A stretch of 54,969 bases of DNA from Nemertoderma westbladi. Its lineage: Eukaryota; Animalia; Xenacoelomorpha. Where the stretch lies: positions 1 to 54,969 of the forward strand of contig JAUCBJ010006321.1 of NCBI GenBank assembly GCA_032718475.1. Direction: 5' to 3'. Shown one piece after another: positions 37,606-50,140 of the stretch. The notes beneath the pieces were generated by a model. That model was not told the DNA's origin, made no database searches, and saw nothing but the letters and a program-made list of their open reading frames with translations. The position numbers were made by a program, and so were the translations under genes. Within the stretch, counting starts at the first letter, position 1. Each line of letters starts with the position of its first letter.

Positions 37606-38760
37606 GTAAATTTAAATACGGTGCACTATTGTAGTAAAAAGAAAATCATCCGGCTACTGATGCAGTAGTATACTGGTATAACGTTACTTATTAAATGTAG
37701 GCCAACGTTTTAGAGACAGGACAGGATGTGATCCAATTGAAATTGTCATATCGTACAGTAGTAGGCCTACTGTAGGGCCTAATCAATATTATTACTATTT
37801 ATACTGTATCTCATTTCAAACACAGGCGTAGCGATGGGAGGGAGGGGACGGGACGTCCCCCCGGGCACAGTCACCGAGGGGCGCCGGTCAGGGTTTTCAG
37901 GGAACAGTCCGGGAATTTCATTTCGTTTGTCAGGGCATTCTTGTAGGACGAAAAGTCAGGGAATGTGATATATACCGGACATGTCATAAAGCGAAATTGT
38001 GGAAGGATATTCTCTGCTCGCTTTCTCTCGCCTTTAAATTAAATATACAGTGTATTAAAAGTGCATTCTATCATGACAGGGCCTACTACTGTAACAGATT
38101 TGATATACAGTAGTTATATACACTATACAGTACAGTAAGATAGATTATCCTTGTTTTCAAATTTGATATGGAATTCCATCCAAAACATACTGTAGACTTA
38201 CGTATGATGTACGTAACCTTAAAACCAAGAATATATTTTTTATTTCGCATTTTCGTATAACAATATTTGTCTACTTTTACTAAAACGGTGTAATTTTCAA
38301 AACCTTTTATATTTCTCGTTTTTCTAGCCAGGGCTTATATCTGCCCTGTATCCTTAAATGGTAGCTAAATGAGCACCTGTTTTTTCTGGGGAGTATTGTT
38401 CTGGGGGGACTAGACTGGAAATACTGAAGTTGTTAGACTTTATGAATGATCCTTGGCCAAATGGCTGAAGGAAACTTGGACAATTGTCCGGACAATCATA
38501 GGCGGACCAAATTAGAAGACACTCATAACGATACAGGTTTATTAAAGGCTCGCATCATACTGATGTCTCAATTCACTACGAATATGAAATATAAAGGTTT
38601 GATTATATAAGCCTTATCACGTGGTTATCACGTGGTGGAACTCCAGATTTTCTTTCATTACCATTATTGGAGGTAATTAATGTTATCCGACCACAAAAGC
38701 TGCTAAACATTTTATTTTTTACTAAAATTGATGACATTATTTATAATATTTTATTTGCAG

Positions 38761-38864
38761 TTTAACTTAGTTTGTGACAGAAAGTGGCAGATGAAATTAA
38801 CACAGACGTTGTATCTAGTTGGCATTTTATTAGGTTCGATTATCTTCGGTACACTAGCAGACAG
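38761..38864 (+). CDS. SLC22 exon 4 (TM2)
   Basis: tttgcag acceptor. Reads FNLVCDRKWQMKLTQTLYLVGILLGSIIFGTLAD(R); donor |gtaagt. 104 nt. Confidence 0.95.
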
Positions 38865-40410
38865 GTAAGTTCGGACAGAAAGTAATAACAATACCGGTGT
38901 GGTAGTTAGGGGGGAGGGGACATTGATTGATTACTAGCAAAAATGAAACTGTCATGTTCCTTACCTTGACTTTTACCAGCGAACACCCCCCCCCCCCCCC
39001 CCCCCCCCTTCTCTCTCTCGGAATGCATTTCTCTAACTAAATATCAGCTATTTTTTGTGAATATTATTTTAAAAATAAAGGTGTCTGAGTTGTTGGAATG
39101 TATTTCTATTACCAACTGACCAACCACAAACCATAACAAATAGTATTAATTACATTCAGTAAACACAGAGAAAGCAAAGAGCTGACTAACATCTACGATA
39201 AACTATGCGCTAATTGCTATTGCACAAAATATCAGCAACAATAATATCTAATACTGATAAATAAATAAACAATCATAGAACAAAAATAAAAGTCACAATT
39301 AAGGCCTCTGGCTATAATAGAATTGACAGTATATTAGCATACTATTAATATAGTGCACGTTATTTTGTTTTCTGGGAGACCAAAGTTTTTTTTTATTCAA
39401 AATCCGAAACAATTATAGACAGTGATAAAAACCAATGATAACTAATCGTCTTAGTTATAGTTTAACTAGAGGGACATCATTTTCACGACATTCCAGAAAT
39501 TGTTCATTAAGAAAGCTTAGGAGGCCAATCCGCAAAGCTTAAAGATAAAAGTAAACTCTTCGAGAAGCGCGTGAGTCAAACCACAAGTGTCATATAAAAC
39601 ACAAAATAAATAATATCTCGCAATACCAGAATAATTGATCGCTCTACTCTAAACATTCTATCTATACTTTCCACTTAGGTTTACCCACCCCCGTAACCCA
39701 CCACAATAACGTGTAATTAATATCTAAACTACAAGGTAGTGAGTATGATATAAAGTGTTAGAGCTGAATAAAATAATGTTGAAATATGAAAGGATTGGAT
39801 TATTAGGAAAAGGAAAGAAAGATAATTATAATCCATAATCATTTACATTAATCTTTCAATAAAAAAATCTCCAAATAATATAAATATATTAATATGTAAT
39901 TGTTTAGCTTTATTATAAATAATTCGATTTCTATTTTCAGAGCCAATGAAACACTAAATACCTATAAATGACTTCTACGCAGTAATATTTCGTGAATATA
40001 ATTACCCAGAATGCTATTTATTAAATACGAAATTAATTATATAGATATTTAATATTATTATTATTTGCTGTATTACTTATTTATCCTACTAAACCCTATG
40101 TTGATGTTTATTGGAGGAATTTTTCAGTTTATTTTCAGAATTATGAATCGAACATATTTAAAAGTTATTATAGTTTGAGTTATTATATTTCACTGCTATG
40201 GATGTATTAATTAATAATAATGGAAATAAATATATATAAAATAGAAACAACATCATAAACCTGTACCACAATAAAGAGCCAAACAAATACGTAACCTGAT
40301 AAACGAAAAATCCAAAGCAAACAAAATTAAATAAATATTTAGAATAAAAGTAGATGAATTAATGTAACGAGCCAATACGACGAGAAAACCCAAGCAACAT
40401 GTCGTAAAGT

Positions 40411-40495
40411 ATCGCTTTATATGACTAGTGAGTGCACCAGATCGCTTTATATGACTAGTGAGTGCACCAGATCGCTTTATATGACTAGTGAGTGC
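40411..40495. repeat. 30-bp tandem triplication covering the RGP1 stop codon
   Basis: ATCGCTTTATATGACTAGTGAGTGC occurs at 40411, 40441 and 40471. Confidence 0.95.
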
Positions 40496-41709
40496 TCTAC
40501 TTGTCCGATCATACAGGAGTTAACAACTAAAGGGTTAGTGGCGACAATCTTAACGGGGAGGTCCCAGGACATTGTCTCTACGTTAATACTAGAAGGGGCT
40601 TTGTACAGAACCCCCTGGGAACTCTCGGACTGGGAGTAGAAGGTCTCCTTGGGCGCCGGAACAGCCACCACCGTGAACTCAAAGTGCAACTTCCATCTGA
40701 GAGCCACGCAATCCGACATGAAGGCCGGACATACGGTCAAGGGGACCGACATACAAAAGTGAGTCTTAACCACGTTCCAGACTCCCTCCTGCAGCCGACA
40801 GTGGCTGGTGACCCCCGGGTCCAGGGGTTCGACCCCTACTTGGGCCTCTGATGCCACCGTCTCCTCGCTCTGCAGCACTACGACGTACTGGACGCACGGA
40901 ACAGTTCCCAAAGCGAAGTCGAAGAAACCGTTAATATCCTCGCCTATCTTATAGACGACGCGTGGCAACGAGAACGAACAGATGTTACCTTTCTCATTGC
41001 TAACAGCGTACGTGCTTGTCGACATCTTATTGGTTAATAATTCTAGGATGTGATTAGCGCAGTCTAAAAGAGAAGCGCCTTCTTCCCCTTTAAGGAAGGG
41101 GTTTTTTCTGTCATCGCTATTATTAGTGACGTCATTAATGGATGAAGTCGCGCTACTTCCGTTCGTCTCGGGTTGCTCCTTATAAACGGAAGTGTCTCCT
41201 AAACCATAAAGTAATAGAACCCTAAAAGGTATCCGAAGGAATTTAGTGGTGCCCCCTGGGCGTTGACAACCTATAACTACTTTGTAACTGTAGCGGACGA
41301 GTTGTCCGCTGTAAGAGGGAGGTGCCTCGTAAGGGATGGTATCCGTGTAGTCTACGGATTTACTCTCCCCGGGAAGGAGACTTAGATCGCAGACGATGAT
41401 CGAGGGTTTAGTCACGAGTATACTCGCGCCTTTCTCGTCTACTGTTGGGTTGAAGGAAGTCTGTCCGTAGGTCGCACTCGGGTGTGTGGGTTCCACGGGT
41501 AACGGAGGTTTTACCCGCTGTTTGTTCACCGTGCAGAAGCAGTGGATCTGGGCCGTCGCCCAGCCGAGCGTCTCTGGGGTTTTACTAACCGGTTCTTCGT
41601 CGCTGTCCGCAGACACCGGTGAGGAGTTTGTAAATGTCACCGTACAGGTTAGGGTTTCGCCCGCTATGAATGTCTGGCCTCGAACAATAACTGCGTGAAT
41701 CTCTAACAT
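40477..41709 (-). CDS. RGP1: RAB6A-GEF complex partner protein 2 (Ric1-Rgp1 subunit), single coding exon, 410 aa
   Basis: Recognisable RGP1 motifs along the full length: FIAGE, LGWATAQIHC, CDLSLLPGESKS, PPSYSGQLVRYSYK..IGCQR, VYKIGED, LRWKLHFEF, SWDLPVK. The ORF is uninterrupted. Confidence 0.95.
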   Translation of the reverse strand: MLEIHAVIVRGQTFIAGETLTCTVTFTNSSPVSADSDEEPVSKTPETLGWATAQIHCFCTVNKQRVKPPLPVEPTHPSATYGQTSFNPTVDEKGASILVTKPSIIVCDLSLLPGESKSVDYTDTIPYEAPPSYSGQLVRYSYKVVIGCQRPGGTTKFLRIPFRVLLLYGLGDTSVYKEQPETNGSSATSSINDVTNNSDDRKNPFLKGEEGASLLDCANHILELLTNKMSTSTYAVSNEKGNICSFSLPRVVYKIGEDINGFFDFALGTVPCVQYVVVLQSEETVASEAQVGVEPLDPGVTSHCRLQEGVWNVVKTHFCMSVPLTVCPAFMSDCVALRWKLHFEFTVVAVPAPKETFYSQSESSQGVLYKAPSSINVETMSWDLPVKIVATNPLVVNSCMIGQVEHSLVI

Positions 41710-42779
41710 ACCGGTAATATATTACGCTATTCTGTTCGCGCAATCCTGCAATCGCAACACACAGACACAGATTTTCCTTGTATTTTCTTCAAACTTTCAG
41801 TCCGGCTAGAACATAAAACAGTAAAAAGAACCGGTACAGCACAGCACTCCACTAGGTCAGTAGGTACCGCTAGTACGTTCCAGCATATTTCTGTATTTAC
41901 TATTTTTTTTATTTCTTTAGACCTACTACTGCTGTACTGTACTACAGTAGAACAGTACTACTGCCAGACCGTAGGATTCTATCTATGCTAATCCTGTAAT
42001 CTGGTAATCAGCTCATCAGCTCATGTATGTGTCAGTACGCAGTAGGCTATGTTACTTAGTTACTTATATGGTTTCATTTACATTTGTATCTGCTGTAAGA
42101 AACCGCATTTTATGCTGGAATTATTCAATCTGACCCCAGTTGACGGTAATTACCGTCATTATACTGTTATACCTCATCCTCATACATGTCATATAGTCAT
42201 ACAGTCATGATAATAATGCTATGCCATCTGGTTATTGTCTGATTGTATGTCAGTATGTGGGGCGAGCCGAGCTAGAACTACAAGACAGCCCAGCGGTTTA
42301 GCGGGGTATGGTATGGGTAGGAGCCTATGGCACCAAGGTACCACAGGCTATCCCCATACATTTTACTATTAACACATATTATGTACTCATTACGCTGGTT
42401 CTACAAGATGGAATTTCATGAAAATTTCCAGAAGGGCGGAGTAACTATCGACAGATCGAGCCACACCTGGAACCTAAAAAAATTGTTGAAAAAACATTAA
42501 ACATATGTTTTTAGAGGTTCCACAATTGTGTCTCAGAACAACAAACCTGCTGCAAAAATTTCAGCCAATTCCGTTCTCGAGAAAAAGGTACATTTATCTC
42601 TAAATTTCACGAAAAAGTAAATGCGGAGAAAAACGCATTTAAAGTTTTCAAACCTTCCCACTAATTTTCTGTAATTCGCGGGAAATTTCAAAAATAAGCC
42701 AAAGTATAATAAACTACTCCAGTGAACCAAAATTCACGATTTATGGGTTTACATAGTCGCTTAGTTCATTTTTGATATC

Positions 42780-43983
42780 TGTTTTAATGTTTGATGACAT
42801 CTGGACTGTCTGTTTGTCTGTCTTTCTGTCTGTCTGTCTGTCTTGTCTGACTGTCAATCTCACAGACAATAAATAAGTAAGCACACCACTTTACTACAGT
42901 ATAATTTATGATATGGGGTTTTCCTAGTCGCTGATTCCATTTCCGATGTCAATATTTGACTGAACCTAGAGCTAGAATATCTGTTTGCCTGTTATTATTG
43001 TAGGCTACACGAATCCGGTTGTTGAATAGAATTATTATCAATTTCTATTCATAATAGGGAAATTTGCGGCGCATTGAATTTAAGAACCACCTTAATGGCC
43101 CTTAACTTATACACTGAACGGTAAACGTTAATCATGGCTCCCGTTTTATCTGTGCTAGGCTTCATAATGAACAGTTAACTGCAATGTCAGCTTTACTGTT
43201 GTTGGTTCTATTTGCACAGTGCGTTTCCTCGCCCTGTGATTGGTTAAATGCTTAAATTGGATTCATCATTGGTTTACCAGTATTTAAGGCTGAATTTATA
43301 TAACTTAATTGTTGTAGATGATTTTAGGACTAACGGTATATTATTTAGCACCCCGGCAAGTACCACTCCTCAAAGTGGCTACTATTTCTTACCAGTTTAT
43401 CTATCAATATTGCAACTAACATTAAAATATACAGTATTATTGTTCTAAGCATTATTAACTCTTGTTTTATTGGTACCAACTAAAACTGCGTATAAAGACA
43501 TATATCCACTAACGAACTAATCCCTTGCATAAGTTGACACTTCCCGCAACACTTAATAAAGGAGCCCGGATTACACCCGGAAATGTGTATATATTTATGT
43601 CTGTCTGTCTGTCAGTCAAAATATAAGGAAGCATATCACCTGAACAAAATTTCTGATATGGGGGTTTTCCTAGTCGCTGATTTCATTTCTAATACCTGTT
43701 TTAATGTTTGATGACATCTGGACTGTATGTCTGTCTGACTGTCAGTCTAACAGACAAAATATAAGTAAACACATCACTTTACTATAATTTCTGATATGGG
43801 GGTTTTCCTATTCGCTGATTTCATTTCCGATGTCATTTTTAATAATTGAATGAACCTAGACTGTCTGTTTAAGTCTGCCTGTATGTCTTTCTTGACAGAC
43901 AGATCGACTGACAAACAAATATACATGCATAACAGACAACTCCAAACAGGAAAGATAAAAAAAATGAAATCACCGTCCTTAAA
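42780..43983. repeat. GTCT-microsatellite Helentron-like repeat array (host of the L2 insertion; continues at 48669-48830), itself interrupted at ~43000-43590
   Basis: GGGGTTTTCCTAGTCGCTGATTTCATTTC units. The inverted unit ATGAAATCA...AAAACCCCC is split by the L2. Confidence 0.7.
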
Positions 43984-44096
43984 TTGCCTTCACAGCAGAT
44001 TCAGTAGCTTATTTATACTGCCATACATAAATCTATATAATTTTTTAAACGACGTTGTAAATATTCCCTGTGGACATATTCCCCGGAAGTTTAGAA

Positions 44097-47000
44097 ATGA
44101 CCAAGGACAAAAGTGGCTGGATGAACCAGTCAATCTGTTGCACCGACTGTAATTTGATATGGACCGATATTGGCTACATTAAGTCATCTGAAACGTCAAA
44201 CAGTATAAAGACTAGCAGTTTCGTCTGTGGAATGTGCTCGTCGAAATTAATTGCGAACCTTCGAAGTGAGCTTGCAGAACTAAAGTCGAAAACCTCGACT
44301 ATAGAGGAGTGTATCAATGATGAAATCTCCGGAACTTGTACTACTACTAGCGACCAAGATGGCGTTGACGATAACCCAAATTTATGGGCATCTGTGGTTT
44401 CTGGTCACAAGAAGAAACGGAATCGAGGAAATCCTTCTACAACGAATGTTGCTGTCCTGGCGAAAGAAGTTCAGACTGAGGTTAAACTTCAAACTGAGAA
44501 AAAGAACAACCTCGTGATTAGCGGGCTAGATATCGGCCAGTCAACAAACGACAAAGATTGTATTCTTGATGTTGCACGTGAAGTCGGGGTAGACCTTCCT
44601 CCTAGTTTAATCAAAACTAGGCGTCTCGGCTCTACTAAAACTGGCGGTGTGAGTGGGCCACTAAAAATTGTTGTCTCACTCGATCCTGAAAAGCGAAAGG
44701 CTTTATTACAAGCCTCCAAGAAACTGAAGGATTCTTCCCGATTTGGCGGCGTCTACATTAACCCAGATTATACTCCTGCTGAAGAGAGGATACAGTATGA
44801 ACTCAGGGTGATGTTGAGAAAGAAACGTGCAGATGAACCATCAAAATCTTGGATTATCAGACGGGATCAAGTAGTTGAGAAAGTAGAAAGAACAAAACCC
44901 GCAACATCTTTATTGGATGATGATACTACTCAACAAGTAGATGGACTTATTAAACTGTCTCCGAATTCGGTGGAGCCCAACACCGAGTCAATCCATGTCG
45001 ATCTTCCTTTGAAATCGGAGTCAATCCCTGTCGATCTTCCTTTGAACTCGGAGTCAATCCCTGTCGATCTTCCATCGAACTCAATCCCTGTCGATCTTCC
45101 TTCGAACTCGGAGTCGATCCCTGTCGATCTGCCTTCGAACTCGGAGTCAATCCCTGTCGACCTTCCTTCAAACTCAGAGTCAATCCCTGTCGATCTTCCT
45201 TCGAACTCGGAGTCAATCCCGGTCGATCTTCCTTCAAACTCGGAGTCAATCCCTGTCGATCTTCCTTCAAACTCGGAGTCAATCCCTGTCGATCTTCCTT
45301 CGAACTCGGAGTCAATCCCTGTGGATCCTCCTTTGAACTCGGAGTCAATCCCTGTCGAGCTTCCTTTGAACTTGGAGTCAAAGAGGAACAACATGAATAT
45401 CTGTCTCTTTAATGCTAGGTCAATCAATAATAAGGCTGCTTCTATTAAGGATTATATTGTTGATAATGACGTTGATATTACAGCTCTGACTGAAACTTGG
45501 CTCAATGGGAATGAAACCGATGATTTTATTATAAATGAAATATGCCCAATAGGTTACACCCTAGACCACATCCCGAGAACCAATCTTCGAGGAGGCGGCG
45601 TAGCGCTATTGTATTTGAAATGTCTTCGTATTAAAAACTGTAAAGAATCAAAATTGGTTTATTCAACATTTGAGTATGCAGAATTTACATTATTCAAACA
45701 TAATGTGCTACTGAGAGTTGTTGTTATTTATCGTACCTGTCCATCACGAGAAAATGGTCACAGTGTTCCGGATTTCCTTGAACAATTCGCGAATCTAATG
45801 CAACAATTATTAATTGCACCTGGTAATTTAATTATTGTTGGGGACTTCAACTTCCATGTTGATGACGTCAATGATAGGAATGCTTGTGATTTTATCAATC
45901 TTATTAGATGTTTCGGATTAAATCAGCTTGTGCATGAGACAACTCATAGATCAGGCCACACCCTTGATTTAGTTCTGACAACTGATGATGGGTCAATAGA
46001 TATTACCAATGTCAGTGTATGTGATATTGGTCTCTCAGATCATTTTACAGTTTGCTTTAATATTAATATTGGTAAACCGATACGACCAACAACATACTCA
46101 AGGTATAGAAATATGCGATCTATCACTATTCGCAATCTATTGGATGACATACAATCATCGAATCTTTATGTAGAACCTGCTTCAGATATCAATGAACTTG
46201 TGACTCAATATAACAACACACTTACTGATATTCTTGATAAACATGCTCCACTTAAGGTTAGAAAAGGTGTGCAGCGAAACAATTCGCCATGGTATTCTTT
46301 GGATATTGTAAATGCGAAGAGAAAACGGCGAAAATTAGAACGTAAATATAGAAAATCACAGCTGGTTGTCGATAAAACGGCATACCGGAATCAGTGCCTT
46401 GAAGTTGCAGGTCAAATAACTGCTGCAAAGGAGAATTATTATAAACACCTGGTCCAACGGAACAAGGATGACCAAAAACAGTTATTCTCGATTTTAGATA
46501 AGGTTTTGTATCGGAAGAGTAATGATATTCTACCACATCATGATTCGGATGAGGAACTGGCAAATTCATTTGCAGAATTCTTTGATAATAAAATAAAATC
46601 TATTCGGGACGAAATGCGTGTGGAGGATTCAAAGATTGTTGGAAATGGAAGAACATCATTGGGTTCCCTCGATGATAAAGAAAATGTCGTCGAATTCGAG
46701 CAACTTAATGAGAAAGAGTTGGAAGAATTCGTGAAACAGCCAGGAAATGGAAGAACATCATTGGGTTCCCTTAATGATAAAGAAAAACTCGTTGAATTTG
46801 AGGAACTTAATGAGAAAGAAGTGGAAGAATTAGTTAAACAGTCTAAAGATAAAACTAGCCCCCATGATCCAATGCCAACGTATTTGGTTAAACTTTCGAT
46901 AACTGTTTTGCTGCCAATTATTGCTTTGATTATAAACCTGTCCCTGACCACAGCAACTGTACCATTATTATTCAAAGAGGTTATTCTAAACCCACTCATC

Positions 47001-48365
47001 AAGAAAATCCGGTTAGATCCAGAATATTTGAATAACTTCAGACCAGTTTCGAATCTACGATATATATCAAAACTAACAGAGAAAGCAGTGGCTGACCAAC
47101 TTATAAATCATATGAATCTGAACAATTTAAATGTACCACTGCAGAGTGCATATCGTGTGAATCATGGGACAGAATCAGCATTACTCAAGGTAAATGATGA
47201 TATACTGAGGGCTATCGATGATGGATCAGCCGTTCTATTGGTCTTACTAGATCTCTCAGCCGCCTTCGACACAGTTGATCATCATAAGTTGTTAGAAATA
47301 CTGGAGGATGATTTGGCGGTTAGTGGTAATGCATTACAGTGGTTTCGGTCATATCTTGCGAATAGATCACAAAAGGTTCGAATCGGAAATTCGTACTCCC
47401 TAGCAAAAACAGTTAGATATGGATTACCTCAAGGATCGGTTCTTGGGCCTCTCTTATTCACTATATATACTCGTTCTCTGACTAAAGTTATAAGGAACCA
47501 TGGGTTGTATTTCCATTTATATGCAGATGATACCCAGATCGATATAGTTTTTAAACCGATTGATGTTAATAAGGCCGTAAAAGTGACTGAAAGCTGCTTA
47601 CAGGATGTTTCTACCTGGATGAAGAAGTATCTTTTAAAGATGAATTCAGATAAGACAGAGGTTTTATTATTGCAGTCCCGGTTTTGACCACAGTTAGAAG
47701 AGCCGCAACTCCATATTGGTAATGAAACCGTTTCTTGCAGCCTATCAGCACGAAACATAGGACTAACTGTTGATTCTCACCTGACCTTAGAGAAACAAAT
47801 ATCACTAACGGTTCGTTCTTCATTTTTCCACCTTAGGAATATTTCAAAGATCAAGAGATATTTCTCGGATAAGGATCTTGAAATTATAATTCATGCCCTA
47901 ATAACTAGTAAACTGGACAACCATAATGCCTTGTATTATGGATTACCAAACAAATCTCTCAAGAAGCTTCAATATGTACAGAACAGTGCTGCGAGACTAC
48001 TGTGTGGAATCCGTAAACGGGAACATATAACGCCAGTATTAAAAGCCCTTCATTGGCTCCCTATTGCTCGTAGAATTGATTATAAAATTGCGTTATATAC
48101 ATTCAAATGCCTCAATGGACTGGCCCCTCCATATCTCAGCGAATTGATCACTGAATACGTCCCTTTACGTGATCTACGGTCAAGTAGTATGGGTCTTTTA
48201 GTAGTACCGAAATATCATCTTGAAAACTACGGCAAACGTTGTTTTTCTTACGCTGCACCCACAATATGGAACGCCCTCCCTATAGATGTCCGATCGTCTA
48301 CATCAATCAATGTATTTAAAAAGAGGCTAAAAACACATTATTTTAGTTTGGAATATCCCGCCTAG
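44097..48365 (+). pseudogene. L2 polyprotein frame (ORF1-like, repeat linker, endonuclease, RT) with one in-frame TGA at 47685-47687
   Basis: ATG at 44097; NARSINNK, TETWL, GGGVAL, GDFN, LSDH, DLSAAFDTVDH, PQGSVLGPLLF, YADD. The same frame stays open from 47688 to the TAG at 48365. Confidence 0.9.
44984..45381. repeat. 33-bp coding minisatellite (SESIPVDLPSN), ~12 copies
   Basis: TCGGAGTCAATCCCTGTCGATCTTCCTTCGAAC repeated in frame within the L2 ORF. Confidence 0.95.
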
Positions 48366-49217
48366 TCTTGCATCATGTTTTTAACAAATTTTTAGTGATT
48401 TTTTACTTTATTGAGCATTATTTATTTAGTGAATATATTTTTGGTAGCGCCTGTCCTGTATGGTCAATTATCCTTTGTATATATAAATATGTGTTTAAAT
48501 TGTTTTAGCTTTTCGCTGTTTTTAAAGTGGTGCTTTTTAATGTTTTTATCTCAGGCCTACTAACGTACTGATACCGGTAGATCAGATGAAACTTTTTGAA
48601 TTTACATCTGTGCGAGCGCCTAGATCATTATGTATAGTGCGCTATATAAATTTATTATTATTATTATATTAAAAACCCCCACAGAGAAAATTTTAGTTAC
48701 GTAGTGTGCTTCGTTATGTTTTTGACAAACAGACCGACATACGGACAAACAGGCAGACAAACTAGATTACGCCAAATTTTAAAACTGAATGAATTCATCG
48801 AACCACGAAAACCCATGTAGAAATAACTTTAGTTAGGGGGAGTACATTTTTATGTCCATAATAGTTGACAAACAGAAAACCCAGTCCAATAAACCAAAAA
48901 ACCAGACCAATAGACAGACAAACAGAAAAACAGACAACTTATAAAGCCAATAATAATGATGATAGGATTTAGATTTCTGAAATCTACGTTAAATTCTGAT
49001 TTAGAATTAATAAAAAAAAATCGACTTTTTCGGCTTTTGATTATACCAATGGGGATGGGAGTTTTTTTTAATCTAACCAATTTTTACTAGCGCCTTTGCG
49101 CATCCACTTTGAGAGTTTAACAGACAGAATGCCACCAGCGTTTAATATTCTGGTGACGAGAATTGAAAAATTATTAGAAATCACATTATAAATTAATAAG
49201 AAATCTTGTTTTTCTAG

Positions 49218-49372
49218 ATTTGGGAGGAAATTTAGTCTATACGTTGCAGCTGTAATTCAAGGAGTGTTTCAGCTGTGTCTATTAATACCAATGCCTCTTC
49301 CTTGTTTAATGGTAATTCGACTGATCGTTGGTGCCACTGACCTTGCTATATACGCAAATGCTTTCGTCCTAT
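49218..49372 (+). CDS. SLC22 exon 5 (TM3-TM4)
   Basis: tttttctag acceptor. Reads (R)FGRKFSLYVAAVIQGVFQLC...IRLIVGATDLAIYANAFVL, completing the MFS motif DRFGRK; donor T|gttagt. 155 nt. Confidence 0.95.
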
Positions 49373-49860
49373 GTTAGTAGTTACTGTATTACTTTTCTTC
49401 GACTGAATCTTAAATTATAAAAGTGTCAGTACATTCATGCTTATATTGTACCCATGAACATACAGTAGCTTACTGCTCCTGCCCTTACTCTAGTTCTGCT
49501 TGGGTGAATCAATATTTACATTTTCCTTTTGCCGAACTTTTTTGACAAACTGTAAAAGTGGTCTAATGTCTCTTTTACTTATGGGGGGAGCTCTGGACAG
49601 CTGATTACACCCAAAGATATAACTGTAGGCATATAACCTCTTCTACAGTATTGATTTTCGATATATAATCGTTTTTTTTTCTTAGAATAACGTGCCACTG
49701 TAAACTGATCCGTTCTCTTAATTGATAATTTAAAATTCAGAAATGATACTAATTCACATAATTGGATGCCCCCCTTCCCCCTTCTTTCCAAACCTCCAAC
49801 CCCCTCCCAACCGCACTGCCCCTTTTATGAAAATCGTTGTTAATCTTATTTTTTGTCTAG

Positions 49861-50035
49861 GTTGCGAATTGGTAGGAATCAAATGGCGGACTATAATGGG
49901 AATATCTTTCGAAGGATTTTACGGTGTTGGAATGGTAATAACGACAGTGTCCGCTTACCTATTGAGACGATATCACTGGAGGATATTACACATCAGCCAA
50001 ACAGTTCCCATAATCGTTTATATCGGAACGTATCT
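49861..50035 (+). CDS. SLC22 exon 6 (TM5-TM6)
   Basis: ttttgtctag acceptor. Reads (C)CELVGIKWRTIMG...AYLLRRYHWRILHISQTVP; donor CT|gtaagt. Confidence 0.95.
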
Positions 50036-50140
50036 GTAAGTGGATTCATTACTACATTATTAGTTACTTTATTATCGAGTAAATAAGAAAATAAGAATTT
50101 GCGGCTAAATGTAAAATATATGGTTAAATGTATAAGGGAA

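Larger units (their letters stand above)
43984..48668 (+). mobile_element. Near-intact L2-clade LINE
   Basis: ORF1-like + APE + RT + L2 C-terminus HITPVLKALHWLP..RIDYKI...GLAPPYL. 3' stem-loop AGCGC...GCGCT and (TTA)n tail. Candidate TTAAA TSD at 43979-43983 and 48669-48673. Confidence 0.95.

Noticed and set aside
47685-47687. Selenocysteine or programmed readthrough at the L2 TGA
   Set aside because: No SECIS was recognised and the position is non-catalytic; CpG decay of CGA is the simpler explanation.
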